From the IMG/VR virus record IMGVR_UViG_3300043775_000882, positions 1 to 44,445 of that record: 44,445 nt of DNA. One strand, given 5' to 3'. The notes beneath the pieces were generated by a model. The model did not search any database. It was not told where the DNA came from and saw nothing but the letters and a program-made list of their open reading frames with translations. This document shows positions 8,701 through 17,543 of this stretch, one piece after another. Origin of the DNA: a virus (lineage: Duplodnaviria; Caudoviricetes). Each line of letters starts with the position of its first letter. The stretch's first letter is position 1. The position numbers were made by a program, and so were the translations under genes.

Positions 8701-10790
8701 GTACTCAACGTAAACTTAACAGTAAATGAAGTTCCTTTGACCACCGTTGCCACATCTGCTTGTAATATAAGACTGCCTGTACCAGTTCCGGTAGTACCAG
8801 CCGTGGTTATTGTACCGCTAGTTTCGGTAGAACCAGAACGATATATTCCAGCGGGAATTGGTGCAATCAATTCCCAAATGATAATCGCAGGGGTATAGCA
8901 TTTTGACAATGAAAAATCAATTTGTAATGTTTTTCCACTAGTAATATCTGGGGGTATCGATGATATTGTTATTTCCTGAACATCATTCGTGAATGCGATA
9001 TCATGTAGGTAATCATGGGATTCACCAGCAAATACAATTTTAGTGTGTAATGTTCCAGGTGAAGTCAGTGCAGCGATCTTATTATCAAAACTACCATGCG
9101 GGAATAGACCAGTATTACCCAATGTATAAGTCACCGGTGTTTCATTAGTATCACGAGTAAACGTGAATGTACCACCTGGAGGTCCACCAGTGATCGTGAA
9201 ATACAAATCCGCGTCGTATGTAAACGCAGAGAGTCCAAAATCTGGATCTTTCGTTGAATGATACGTTATAATTGGCTTAGAAGTATCATTAATAGTTAAA
9301 TCTATAGTATTAGATTGGATTGCACCAATAGATACTTTAACCTGCACTGGTAAATCGCCAGTTGTTTTATGATCTGGACTAACGGTTACTGCAAAGGTTC
9401 CAGAACCACCACTAATCGTGAACGTATCGGTTGTTTTAGTTAAATGTGTCGCTCCAGTTCCAGTTGCAGTCCAAGTAGCAGTTGTCGTGGCTGGTAAACC
9501 AGTTCCAACCACTGCAAAATTACCAATATTATTACTTGATTCGTCTAATACTGGAGTAAGTGGTGAAACCAACGATAGCGTTAAATCAAGATTACCGTCA
9601 TTTATCAAAATTGTATTACTGGTTTTAAGTAAAACTGCGCCTGGTATCGCTGGATCTTTATCATATAGCTTCATCGTGACGTTTGATGAATCTGATAATA
9701 CATCAACTGCTACCGCTTTATTAAATTGAATTCCACCGTTTGTTAATGTTTTACTTTCTTTCACTTTACCATCATCGAAATCATCAACCGTAACACCTGG
9801 TCCATCACCTGTAATTTCATACCAGACACTGGCTACTGGTGGATATGAACTAATGGTAACATGAATGTCATTACCTTCTGATACTGAATTTGGAGATAAT
9901 AATACTGTATATCCTTGTGATACACCACCAGAATCTAGGCCATTTAATGTCGTGATAGTTGGTACGGGTGCTACGACACTTGCGCCGACTGCACCTCTAT
10001 ATTTCACAGTGCTTGTAATAGTACCATTGATTAATTCATCTGGTGTACCGGAGACAGCATCTGTATATGTCATTTTAAAATGCACAAACTGACCATCTTT
10101 TTTAGCAAACACTGTATAAGTATTGGTGGTATAAGGTGCACTACATGCCCCTGAATACAACAGCTGATATGCAGAAGTCAAATCGTTAAATCCAATCTGA
10201 GAAACACTAGTACCAGTTGACGTAGTGGTATAATTCATCGTCACATTACCAACTGAATTTAACATCTGCGCCCATGCATTACTTTTATCACCAGAGTGTC
10301 CAGTCATTGAAGTTGACACAATCAGCTCGCCACCAGCATTAAAGAAATACTTTGCATTCAATTCTGAACTAAAATTTGCAACTGCTTCATGGTATATTTC
10401 ACTATTCCAATTAGTTGTTCTTTGTGTTGTAACACCAGTAACAGTAGCTGACTGCGAAGCATCACCTGACATTTTCCAACGATTAGTAGTTGCTTGTGCT
10501 AAGTAAGTTTCTAAATTTGCATATGTTGTTTCAGCTGCTTTTGTTGTATCAGCGGTAACCGTTGGTATATTAGTAGAATAATCAACACCATCTTGATGTT
10601 GTAGTATTCTACGCAAATCAGCAACTAAGTTGTTAACATCTTGTGCATAAATCAATCTACTGGTACCACTTGGAATTGATAACTGTGAACTTTTTAAAAC
10701 TTGCCCATATCCAGTAGCACCGGTTCCTAGAATTTCATTTATTGCTGCTTGTATAGTATTGTATCTATTGATTGTAATTTGAGTTGACAT
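5724..10790 (-). CDS. Large multidomain virion adhesin/tail fibre: N-terminal virion domain, Ig-like repeats, glycine-rich domain, FG-GAP propeller, LamG
   Basis: N-terminal ..GYGQ...AKYFFNAGG.. domain; beta-rich segments at ~8650-9920; Gly-rich segment at ~7910-8600; FG-GAP repeats at ~6400-7630; LamG at 5724-6390, paralogous to the downstream gene. Confidence 0.85.
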   Translation of the reverse strand: MSTQITINRYNTIQAAINEILGTGATGYGQVLKSSQLSIPSGTSRLIYAQDVNNLVADLRRILQHQDGVDYSTNIPTVTADTTKAAETTYANLETYLAQATTNRWKMSGDASQSATVTGVTTQRTTNWNSEIYHEAVANFSSELNAKYFFNAGGELIVSTSMTGHSGDKSNAWAQMLNSVGNVTMNYTTTSTGTSVSQIGFNDLTSAYQLLYSGACSAPYTTNTYTVFAKKDGQFVHFKMTYTDAVSGTPDELINGTITSTVKYRGAVGASVVAPVPTITTLNGLDSGGVSQGYTVLLSPNSVSEGNDIHVTISSYPPVASVWYEITGDGPGVTVDDFDDGKVKESKTLTNGGIQFNKAVAVDVLSDSSNVTMKLYDKDPAIPGAVLLKTSNTILINDGNLDLTLSLVSPLTPVLDESSNNIGNFAVVGTGLPATTTATWTATGTGATHLTKTTDTFTISGGSGTFAVTVSPDHKTTGDLPVQVKVSIGAIQSNTIDLTINDTSKPIITYHSTKDPDFGLSAFTYDADLYFTITGGPPGGTFTFTRDTNETPVTYTLGNTGLFPHGSFDNKIAALTSPGTLHTKIVFAGESHDYLHDIAFTNDVQEITISSIPPDITSGKTLQIDFSLSKCYTPAIIIWELIAPIPAGIYRSGSTETSGTITTAGTTGTGTGSLILQADVATVVKGTSFTVKFTLSTLTTINATTSAIRIIDAFPYTTNVDAQVFLPTLASAVTIKARGGAGGGGGRDGSNGDGGDGASANTIITKEPVGSVRTLSAVIGKGGNPGTSNATSAGGGLGGTGYKKGGDGGAVRNDNYSGGGAGGGGATAVIADTTELVVAGGGGGGGGGSSARDGIDATGTNTTVTVLTGTDGIAGDGGGSGDGGGAGGSGGFVTTIGTNLKGADSSRSATAGTSGNIAYDNSQPAVTGTPFVINTNTGGLGATTKITGTAGLDGEVTIYVQPMAPQYSVAALQSGLPGSSEIYYVNSDAPLKDGSAEVISYTTTASSPANGVITRTGTLPMIGFNFNVDQHPAFKLAANNVFGKGVEIAVPVQTQKFSISDTIFPGAKYSKSCAISGDGNYLVVGAPLVDQLGALNFEVHKRTGNRWTLMASSLIMADPWASGDQLGYSVDINAIGDRIVVGAPYRDYNSEVDQGGTYIYKRTGESWDQEVFIPDPNTNGNQYDYAGFSVVMSNDGSMILVGAPGGDVATATGTIVAYYAESNSWSTVTFADRVGISTGAGEANALHGSALSISSNMLVCVEGAPGDANQGWYSSSATGISNAGYVGLHTRTGTTSKSWSLKKGFYSPTPIADGNFGTSIALNSDGTILVVGAPGESAFGLAKAGAVHVFAGSGTTWDIQAKLMASDAQACANFGTSVTINDAGTTILVGANNATAGGRTGSGIVYKFVKSGTTWIQDAIITPYDKAATDAFGTSVSLNSTGDLAVIGAPNTNPLKAGAAYTFQLGSYVADDPYWDKVSLLVTADNGAQGSNTFVDLSNNSLPLTANSAVVIDTAIKKFGTGSMYIPNVAGNVISTPLTSLLDLNGGAFTVEAWIYPTRFDVNDHGCIIICDTWELAVDKASNNGRLTFYYTNTAAVYGPNVPLNQWSHVAAVYDGVKLTLYVNGVSGTAATIPGLTANVNVNQIGGHGTWQYTGYIDELRVTKGVARYSGTFTPPTATFTPTFTFQP
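5759..6387. repeat. Copy 2 of the LamG direct repeat
   Basis: Identical blocks 5759-5870, 5965-5983, 6052-6104 and 6298-6326 match copy 1. Confidence 0.92.
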
Positions 10791-10799
10791 ATTAATATC

Positions 10800-12695
10800 C
10801 TATAATACCAAAACTTCAACTAATTTAACTGCGATATCCGAGTTACTTTCTAATGCAATACCAAAACAATGATTTGCTGTACTGTTATTGGCTGTTGCAC
10901 ATCCATCAGCAGAGGCAATCAATCTATCACCTTTGTTAACAGCACCAACCACTTTAGTTGGAACTCGTCCTTTTAGAGCAATATAAGTACCATTAACTAA
11001 ACCACTATTCATCATATATGCTGGGTTTTTACTAACAACACCAATAGCGAACCCACCAACTGAACATGCAGTTACTTCTGCTGAACCACCAACTACTACC
11101 ACGGTTCCTGTTTCATAATCAGCATCAGTTAAGTACTTTTCTGCCAAGTCTGCATAGTATGCTGATGAAGCAGTACCTTTGAATTCAACGGCTGTTAAGT
11201 TACCAGAACCATCTCTTGCTGCGATTGTGTTTGCTGTTCCAGCGATATCTGCTGGTCTATATTGATCACTACCAGCTGGTGCATACGTGGAAACAAATAA
11301 CTTATCAGCACCTTTAGCATTACCATCTATTGAGCTTGCATAGATTTTACCACTACCATCTCGAACAACAGTAGTATAATTCAACGCAGTTATTGCAGGT
11401 GGATAATTGCTATTAGTACCAGCTGCTTCTGTTGTAGGTGGTTTTAATGCACTTGAACTAGATGCAGTACCAGTTAACGAACCAGTGAAAGTTTTAGTAG
11501 TTGAGTCATATGCAGTAGAGTTATCCACTGATGCTTTAAGATTACCTTTAAACCACTTCTCGGCATTGTTTAATATTACGTTTGAAGTTGGTGTGGCTGT
11601 GTCTAATATACTACCTTTAAATGTTTTAGTAGTATTATCTAATAAGACCTCACCAGTTGAATCTTTTACATTACCAGTTAAAACTCCAGTAAACGCATTC
11701 GCTGTCACTGTTCCACTAGCCCATATATCTTTCCATTTGGCTGTTGTAGTTCCTAAATCAATAGTACCAGTATTCAGCGTGGTATTCGTATCTGGTGCAA
11801 CTGAAGTAGAATTGATTACTAAATTGGTTGATCCATTTACCGAGAACTTAACAGGGGTTGATCCAGTTTTAGTTATTAATGTGTTATTATTCGCATCTTC
11901 TGAAACTGTTAATAATTTTACAGTTAAACCAGCATCAAAGTTAGTAACACCAGTGAATGTATCACCAGTAGTTAACGCATATAAATCGGCAGCAACACCA
12001 CCTAGTTTTCTAGCATCTGAAGCAGTACCCCATAATTGCCAGGTCGAACTACCTGAATGACTAACACCAGCGTGTGCCGGATCATTTAACGTATGTCTTA
12101 GGGTAATACCTTGCTTAATTGAATAAAAAGCACCCGGATCAGTGGCATCGATTGGGTCAGTTTCAAGAACATCAAATGCTGGATCGCTATTAAAGATAGC
12201 AACGACATCATCATTTGCGATAATTTGAACAACCTCGTGTACTGAATCAACACTAGTTGAATCTCTAACTGTTCTAACTTGAACTGAGATATGACTGGTG
12301 TTATTATCTGGACCGACTAATTGAAAACCACTACGTTCACCAGCACCAGAGAAAGAGTATAATTTGTTTAATGTAGAATCCCACCACAAATCGCCAAGTG
12401 ATGGATTTGTTGGTATTGTTGAACCATATTCAACTGCAGCCGCTTTGAAACGAAAGCCATCGTGGAATTTTAAAACTCTCGAAGTTTTATCATACCAAAT
12501 TTGACCTTCAACTGGTCTGGGTGGTTCAGTTGTATTGGCAAAGTTTTCGAGAAGATGTAAGAAGTTTTCATTTTGAACTTCACCATAACCTGCATAATTC
12601 TTGCCGATAAATGTTAAATCAGTTGAATGGTCAACAGTGCCATCTTGCACTGTTGCAATTGCAACTCCATTAGTTTTGTTTACTATGTATGCCAT
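10800..12695 (-). CDS. Tail fibre protein with a C-terminal putative autocleaving chaperone (peptidase G2-like)
   Basis: Shared N-terminal anchor GKNYAGYGEVQNENFLHLLENFA...GQIWYD; C-terminal YADLAE...GVVSKNPAYMMN...ALKGRVPTKV..KGD domain. Confidence 0.8.
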   Translation of the reverse strand: MAYIVNKTNGVAIATVQDGTVDHSTDLTFIGKNYAGYGEVQNENFLHLLENFANTTEPPRPVEGQIWYDKTSRVLKFHDGFRFKAAAVEYGSTIPTNPSLGDLWWDSTLNKLYSFSGAGERSGFQLVGPDNNTSHISVQVRTVRDSTSVDSVHEVVQIIANDDVVAIFNSDPAFDVLETDPIDATDPGAFYSIKQGITLRHTLNDPAHAGVSHSGSSTWQLWGTASDARKLGGVAADLYALTTGDTFTGVTNFDAGLTVKLLTVSEDANNNTLITKTGSTPVKFSVNGSTNLVINSTSVAPDTNTTLNTGTIDLGTTTAKWKDIWASGTVTANAFTGVLTGNVKDSTGEVLLDNTTKTFKGSILDTATPTSNVILNNAEKWFKGNLKASVDNSTAYDSTTKTFTGSLTGTASSSSALKPPTTEAAGTNSNYPPAITALNYTTVVRDGSGKIYASSIDGNAKGADKLFVSTYAPAGSDQYRPADIAGTANTIAARDGSGNLTAVEFKGTASSAYYADLAEKYLTDADYETGTVVVVGGSAEVTACSVGGFAIGVVSKNPAYMMNSGLVNGTYIALKGRVPTKVVGAVNKGDRLIASADGCATANNSTANHCFGIALESNSDIAVKLVEVLVL

Positions 12696-12719
12696 TACTT
12701 GGACTCCGTGGGAATATAT

Positions 12720-12728
12720 GTATATTTA
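12720..12728 (-). promoter_or_regulatory. Late promoter TAAATATAC
   Basis: Lies in the 37-nt intergenic gap, about 27 nt upstream of the ATG at 12695; RBS GGAG follows. Confidence 0.7.
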
Positions 12729-12732
12729 GGGG

Positions 12733-14490
12733 TTAAACTCGACCAACAACAATGTTTATTACACCGAATTCGCCATGGAAATCTTCCAATGCCTTACCAA
12801 TAACTGTACCAATTTTTGGATTATCGCATGCTATTGCATAGCCTTGACCACCACTAACCATCAGGTCGCCTTTAGACACATAACCTGCAACTTTACATGG
12901 GACTTTTCCTTGCAGAGCAACTGCAACTACGTGTTCACCTTCTTGTAATGAGTTCATCAAGTATGCTGGATTAGTAGATACAACACCAGCAACTTTTGGT
13001 GTTTTATTTCTAGCAATTGTGACTTCATAATCACCGCCAAATTGAACAACTACACCCGGCTTATATGATTCATCAGAAACGTAGTTTTCAGCCAAATCAG
13101 CATAATAAGCAGAAGATGCAACACCTTTGAATTCTGTTGCATACATTTCATTGAATTTACTAGCAGATGAACCTAAGTTAGTATCAGCTGATGGTAAAAT
13201 TGACACCTTAGTCAATCCAAGAGCAGTTGATTGTGTTGAGTTTAAAAATGTAAGAGAAGCTCCGGCAGTACCAGCAGTAACTGTCAACTTACCAGTAGTT
13301 GTACTCAAGGTTGGAACTGTTAATTCCAACGTTGCAGTTAATTTGTTAGTAGCATTGCCGACATTTAAGGATTGCAAAACTCCAACAGTTCGCAAACTTG
13401 AATCTACTACCGTTGATTTTATATTAGTTCCAGTTAAAGTGTTTGCATCAGCGGCTATTGTTATAGCAGCACTACCATCGAATAAAACATCGTTGATCTT
13501 TGCACCTGGGTTTAATTTATTAGCTGCAGCCGTTGTTCCTTGTATAACAGCTGTACCAGTAATAGAATTAAATGTAATATTATCAAATGTACTCGTCCCT
13601 GTTGGTGCATTCACTTGACCTTTTAATGTACCAGTGATTGCATTGGCAACAAAGTTGCCTGATGCATCTCTAGCAACTACCGTATTTGGTGTATTTGCAG
13701 TATCAGCATTAACTGCTAATGTAACTTCAGCAGAACCATCAAAATCACTACCTAAAAGATAATTGCCCTTCTTTAGAGTCTTTGATGTACTCGATTTGAT
13801 TGTAATATCGGAAGCACCATCAAAACTAATACCATTTATTGTTGATGCGCGAGATAATCTATTAGCATAATCAGCAGTACCATTCAACGTACCGGTGAAT
13901 TCTGTAGTAGATGATAAGTTTATACCAGGGACAATACTTTCAAATCCAACAATAGTATGACCTGCATTTATTCTAAACGTATCAGTTGCAATAATGGCAA
14001 CAACTTTATTATTAACTACAAGTTCTACAACTGGTCTATTGGTATTCGTTGTATCTACGATAATCGCAGCTTTAGCTTTAGTTTCACCAAAGTTAGCAAC
14101 GGATTCGGGACCAATCACAACCCAAACTGAACCGGTATAAACTTTAAGTTGATTACTGGATGAATCAAACCAAAGTTGACCAGTATTTGGTAAACTGGGC
14201 GATGCTTGTGAAATAGAAGCCGATCCAACTGGGCTCCATGTCTTAACTGTGCTATCGTATACATTTAATATTTTTTGTGTTGAGTTAAACCACAACTGAC
14301 CTGCAATTGGTTTTGATGGTGGTCCACTACTTGCAAAGTTTTCAAGTAGATGTAAGAAATTCTCATTTTGAATTTCTCCATAACCAACATAGTTACGACC
14401 TACTAGGCCGATACTAGTATCTGTATTAAGTTGACCATCTTCTAATGAAACTAGGAGTTCGCCATTTGATTTGTTAATTGGGTAAGACAT
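12733..14490 (-). CDS. Tail fibre protein with a C-terminal putative autocleaving chaperone (paralogue of 10800..12695)
   Basis: Same N-terminal anchor; INGISFDGASDITI / INDVLFDGSAAITI fibre repeats; YADLAE C-terminal domain. Confidence 0.8.
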   Translation of the reverse strand: MSYPINKSNGELLVSLEDGQLNTDTSIGLVGRNYVGYGEIQNENFLHLLENFASSGPPSKPIAGQLWFNSTQKILNVYDSTVKTWSPVGSASISQASPSLPNTGQLWFDSSSNQLKVYTGSVWVVIGPESVANFGETKAKAAIIVDTTNTNRPVVELVVNNKVVAIIATDTFRINAGHTIVGFESIVPGINLSSTTEFTGTLNGTADYANRLSRASTINGISFDGASDITIKSSTSKTLKKGNYLLGSDFDGSAEVTLAVNADTANTPNTVVARDASGNFVANAITGTLKGQVNAPTGTSTFDNITFNSITGTAVIQGTTAAANKLNPGAKINDVLFDGSAAITIAADANTLTGTNIKSTVVDSSLRTVGVLQSLNVGNATNKLTATLELTVPTLSTTTGKLTVTAGTAGASLTFLNSTQSTALGLTKVSILPSADTNLGSSASKFNEMYATEFKGVASSAYYADLAENYVSDESYKPGVVVQFGGDYEVTIARNKTPKVAGVVSTNPAYLMNSLQEGEHVVAVALQGKVPCKVAGYVSKGDLMVSGGQGYAIACDNPKIGTVIGKALEDFHGEFGVINIVVGRV

Positions 14491-14504
14491 TTAGTTTTTA
14501 GCTC

Positions 14505-15698
14505 CTATACTGTTACATTTTCTAATGGGCGGAATTCCCAACTACCAGAACTGTTTATTCTATAAACTCTGATTGTTTTTTGTGCACTTGGGTTAACCGG
14601 TGAACAAAGAAGTCTAAATGCGGTATCAGTTGGATAATTATTATCAAGTGGTGCCATTTTAGTAACAATATTCAATAACTGCGCATCGGTAGTGGAGTTA
14701 TCAATGATGATACTTAGCATCAATGTTTTTTTCAGAATTTCACGATCTACATATCCTTTATTAGTAACACTACTATTAATTGTTGGTTCTTGATACAAAT
14801 TCATTTGATACGGTACGTCAGAACTACCAATATACATGGTTCTGCTACCAGGTTGTATATCAATTGCAGTATCCATAGTATTACCGTGTTTAGCTTTTAG
14901 CTTAAGTGGTTGGTCGGATAATGTATTTTCTAAAACAACCGCATTTGAATCAATCTTTAAGTTACCCATTTTTACAGATAATCCATCATTGCTATCGATG
15001 TAGATTTTATGGTCGGTATAACTTTCTCTGCCAGTTCTAAAATAATCAATTGCAGCATGACCATCTAATTTGGCAGAATCTAACGCATTAATGTTAAATT
15101 GAAAATTTGGAATAGTTCCTTGGTTAAAACCAGCACGAATAACGCCATCTGGTGAATACCCAGCAATACTAGTTGGATTTTGTAGAGTAAAGGTTTCGTT
15201 TGCAAACAACCCAGCTAATAAGCCATTATTATAAATGCAGGTAATGACATGATCTTGCCCAACCGAATCTTTAACCGTATAAACTACAATTCCACTTCTC
15301 TGTTGAGTTGCTGTATAAGTTGGCCCTAATAAGATGATTGAACTGCCATCCCAGAAGTTTAACTGTTTTGTTATTGTGTTATACCACATATCACCAACAC
15401 CCATATTAAGTGGTTGTGTTGCTGCAACTGTGGTTGAACTTACTGGAACAAACGCAGTTCCGCTATATACTTTTAGTTTTGCTACTGTTGTATCATACCA
15501 AAGTTGACCTGTGATTGGTTGCTCTGGTGCAGAAATTGACGTTGAGAAGTTTTCTAATAACTTAACAAAGTTTCCATTCAATGCTTGACCAAAACCAGTG
15601 TAGTTTTTACCAATTAAAGTCAAATCCGTTGCTGTTTGGTCAACGGTACCGTCTTGCACTAAAACTAAATTTCCTGCGACATCGATCGAATATGCCAT
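14505..15698 (-). CDS. Short tail fibre/baseplate fibre paralogue without the chaperone domain
   Basis: N-terminal DLTLIGKNYTGFGQALNGNFVKLLENFS...GQLWYD; TNKGYVD fibre motif near the C-terminus. Confidence 0.78.
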   Translation of the reverse strand: MAYSIDVAGNLVLVQDGTVDQTATDLTLIGKNYTGFGQALNGNFVKLLENFSTSISAPEQPITGQLWYDTTVAKLKVYSGTAFVPVSSTTVAATQPLNMGVGDMWYNTITKQLNFWDGSSIILLGPTYTATQQRSGIVVYTVKDSVGQDHVITCIYNNGLLAGLFANETFTLQNPTSIAGYSPDGVIRAGFNQGTIPNFQFNINALDSAKLDGHAAIDYFRTGRESYTDHKIYIDSNDGLSVKMGNLKIDSNAVVLENTLSDQPLKLKAKHGNTMDTAIDIQPGSRTMYIGSSDVPYQMNLYQEPTINSSVTNKGYVDREILKKTLMLSIIIDNSTTDAQLLNIVTKMAPLDNNYPTDTAFRLLCSPVNPSAQKTIRVYRINSSGSWEFRPLENVTV

Positions 15699-15701
15699 GT
15701 A

Positions 15702-15821
15702 TTATGCCTCCATACTTGGTAAGCTATTAATATACCCAGATACCGTATCCACTGGAGTTAGGTACTCATCTGTTACCAGACTAGTTGTATTATGAATCCA
15801 TTTAAACTGTTTGCATTGCAT
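15702..15821 (-). CDS. Unannotated 39-aa micro-ORF (MQCKQFKWIHNTTSLVTDEYLTPVDTVSGYINSLPSMEA)
   Basis: Hand-translated. ATG 20 nt after the TAAATA core, GAGAG upstream; fills the gap, with the stop 3 nt before the next ATG. Confidence 0.5.
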   Translation of the reverse strand: MQCKQFKWIHNTTSLVTDEYLTPVDTVSGYINSLPSMEA

Positions 15822-15838
15822 GTTATTCTCTCGTTATT

Positions 15839-15847
15839 CTATATTTA
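15839..15847 (-). promoter_or_regulatory. Late promoter TAAATATAG (TAA is the stop codon of the S8 gene)
   Basis: The same 9-mer occurs at 19908-19916 and 36884-36892, each just upstream of a start codon. Confidence 0.7.
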
Positions 15848-17542
15848 TTTGTATACACGCGTCTTAAACCGTGGATATACCTTACCAGTGGCAGGTCTTG
15901 GTTTATAATTAACTTTTGGATATACGGTGTTAGTAGTTGGTCGTTCAGGATACACATACAAATATAAATTCGGTGCTCCTTGTAAATCACCACCAAAACT
16001 GATTGCATCCCTTGGTATATCAGTTAGTTGATCTGCAATAGCATGATGCGTGATATAATCCAACGCTTCCGCTGGTGTCATGGTTGGGTACATTTCTAAC
16101 ACGCATGCTAACACACCACACACTTGAGGAGATGCCATTGACGTTCCAGAATCATAGCCATTCCCATACACTGGATTACGTGGGTTTCGCATCATAAAAC
16201 TACTAGAATTTGGGTTGTATAAATTCCAGGAACTCATAATCGAGGCACCAGGAGCAAAAACCGAGACTCTTGGACCACAATTACTTCCACCATATTTAAC
16301 TTCTGACCCTACCGCAATAACAGCCTGTGGTGCTGACAAGTCAACAGCACCAACGCAAATAGCGTTGGGTGATGCAGCCGGGGTATGGCCCCGATTAAAA
16401 TAGAAATTTTTAGCAATTCCAAATTCCGTGGCTCTAACATAATTATTATAATCAACACCACCAGGTTTATCTATTTTAAGACCACTATTACCGGCCGCTC
16501 CAACTACAATAATCCCATCGGCAATTGCTTGTTCAATATCAGCCATATCGTAATAATATATCTGTGGTATGAATACCTGCCCACCTAATATTTGCAACCC
16601 AGCAATCAAACCTTGTTCAAATGTAACTGGATTGATACCATCACCTATTAGTGTTCCACGATAATTAATCTGCGTTACCGCACCAGTCACAGTATCATAA
16701 GGAAACGTAGATCCAGCACCGTAACTACAATTGACTATAGTTGGATTTTTAACACCTGTCACGGGGTTGATTGGTTTTGAAGCATGGAATGCTCGTATAT
16801 AATCCCACATATAACCTAGGAATCCAAGGAAGGAATTTAGGTTTGGATTCGTATAGTATGGACAAATATTATAAATGTTTGCATCTCTAGCCCATCCGTT
16901 TTCATTACCAGCAACAATACCAGCAACATGCGATCCATGCCCAGCATTAACATCTTGTGAATAATCATATTCTGTTAAGTTATTTCCGTTTGGTTTTACT
17001 ACTGAATCTAAAGAAAACCAATTATAATGTACAACTCGTGAACCACCAGTACCATCGTTATTCACACTAAACGATGGATGATTTGGATTAAATTGCCCAT
17101 CAACAATAATAACATCAACGTGTTTCCCACTTAAACCACAAGAAACTGTTCCAATTTGATTTTCTGCTGAATCATCTGGATACCAATGTGGTATTTGTTG
17201 TTTTATCGTACAGCGTTTCAATCCCCAATTATAAACTGGATCAGCTGGATTCATACCCCACCGTTTACTGAAATTTTGAGATGGAGTTGTCCAACATGGT
17301 GTATTATTTGGTATTTCGCTGACTGATATTACATCTATCACCCTCGTATCTTTTTTGATCAAGCCTGCTTCTTCTGCAGTTAACATGTAATGTGTATTTT
17401 TACTAATTGGTCTTCGATGTGCAACCTCTACTAATCTATCAGGAATATACAAATTACCACCCGGTGTTTCCATATCATCATAGAACGCATCGAGCTCATC
17501 GAAATTATACAAGGTTACAATGTATTCTTGTAAATCTGCCAT
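15845..17542 (-). CDS. Subtilisin-like serine protease (peptidase S8) with an I9-like propeptide, probably virion-associated
   Basis: Catalytic motifs VDVIIVDG (Asp148), GHGSHVAG (His202), AAGNSG (Asn352) and SGTSMASPQVCG (Ser468); N-terminal EYIVTL propeptide motif; no signal peptide. Confidence 0.92.
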   Translation of the reverse strand: MADLQEYIVTLYNFDELDAFYDDMETPGGNLYIPDRLVEVAHRRPISKNTHYMLTAEEAGLIKKDTRVIDVISVSEIPNNTPCWTTPSQNFSKRWGMNPADPVYNWGLKRCTIKQQIPHWYPDDSAENQIGTVSCGLSGKHVDVIIVDGQFNPNHPSFSVNNDGTGGSRVVHYNWFSLDSVVKPNGNNLTEYDYSQDVNAGHGSHVAGIVAGNENGWARDANIYNICPYYTNPNLNSFLGFLGYMWDYIRAFHASKPINPVTGVKNPTIVNCSYGAGSTFPYDTVTGAVTQINYRGTLIGDGINPVTFEQGLIAGLQILGGQVFIPQIYYYDMADIEQAIADGIIVVGAAGNSGLKIDKPGGVDYNNYVRATEFGIAKNFYFNRGHTPAASPNAICVGAVDLSAPQAVIAVGSEVKYGGSNCGPRVSVFAPGASIMSSWNLYNPNSSSFMMRNPRNPVYGNGYDSGTSMASPQVCGVLACVLEMYPTMTPAEALDYITHHAIADQLTDIPRDAISFGGDLQGAPNLYLYVYPERPTTNTVYPKVNYKPRPATGKVYPRFKTRVYK

Positions 17543-17543
17543 A

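Noticed and set aside
10788-10802. In-frame TAG-GAT-ATT-AAT-ATG junction suggesting amber read-through fusing the 631-aa fibre to the 1688-aa adhesin
   Set aside because: In-frame spacing has about a 1-in-3 chance, the upstream protein ends in a complete terminal domain matching its paralogue, AGGA provides an RBS for the downstream gene, and the other TAG junctions are out of frame.
7984-13618. Long antisense ORFs (e.g. 7984..8346, 8500..8898, 11407..12060, 13127..13618 on +) and similar short ORFs opposite other large genes
   Set aside because: They are shadow frames of Thr/Gly/Ala-rich fibre genes, have low-complexity Val/Pro-rich translations, and show no recognisable motifs.
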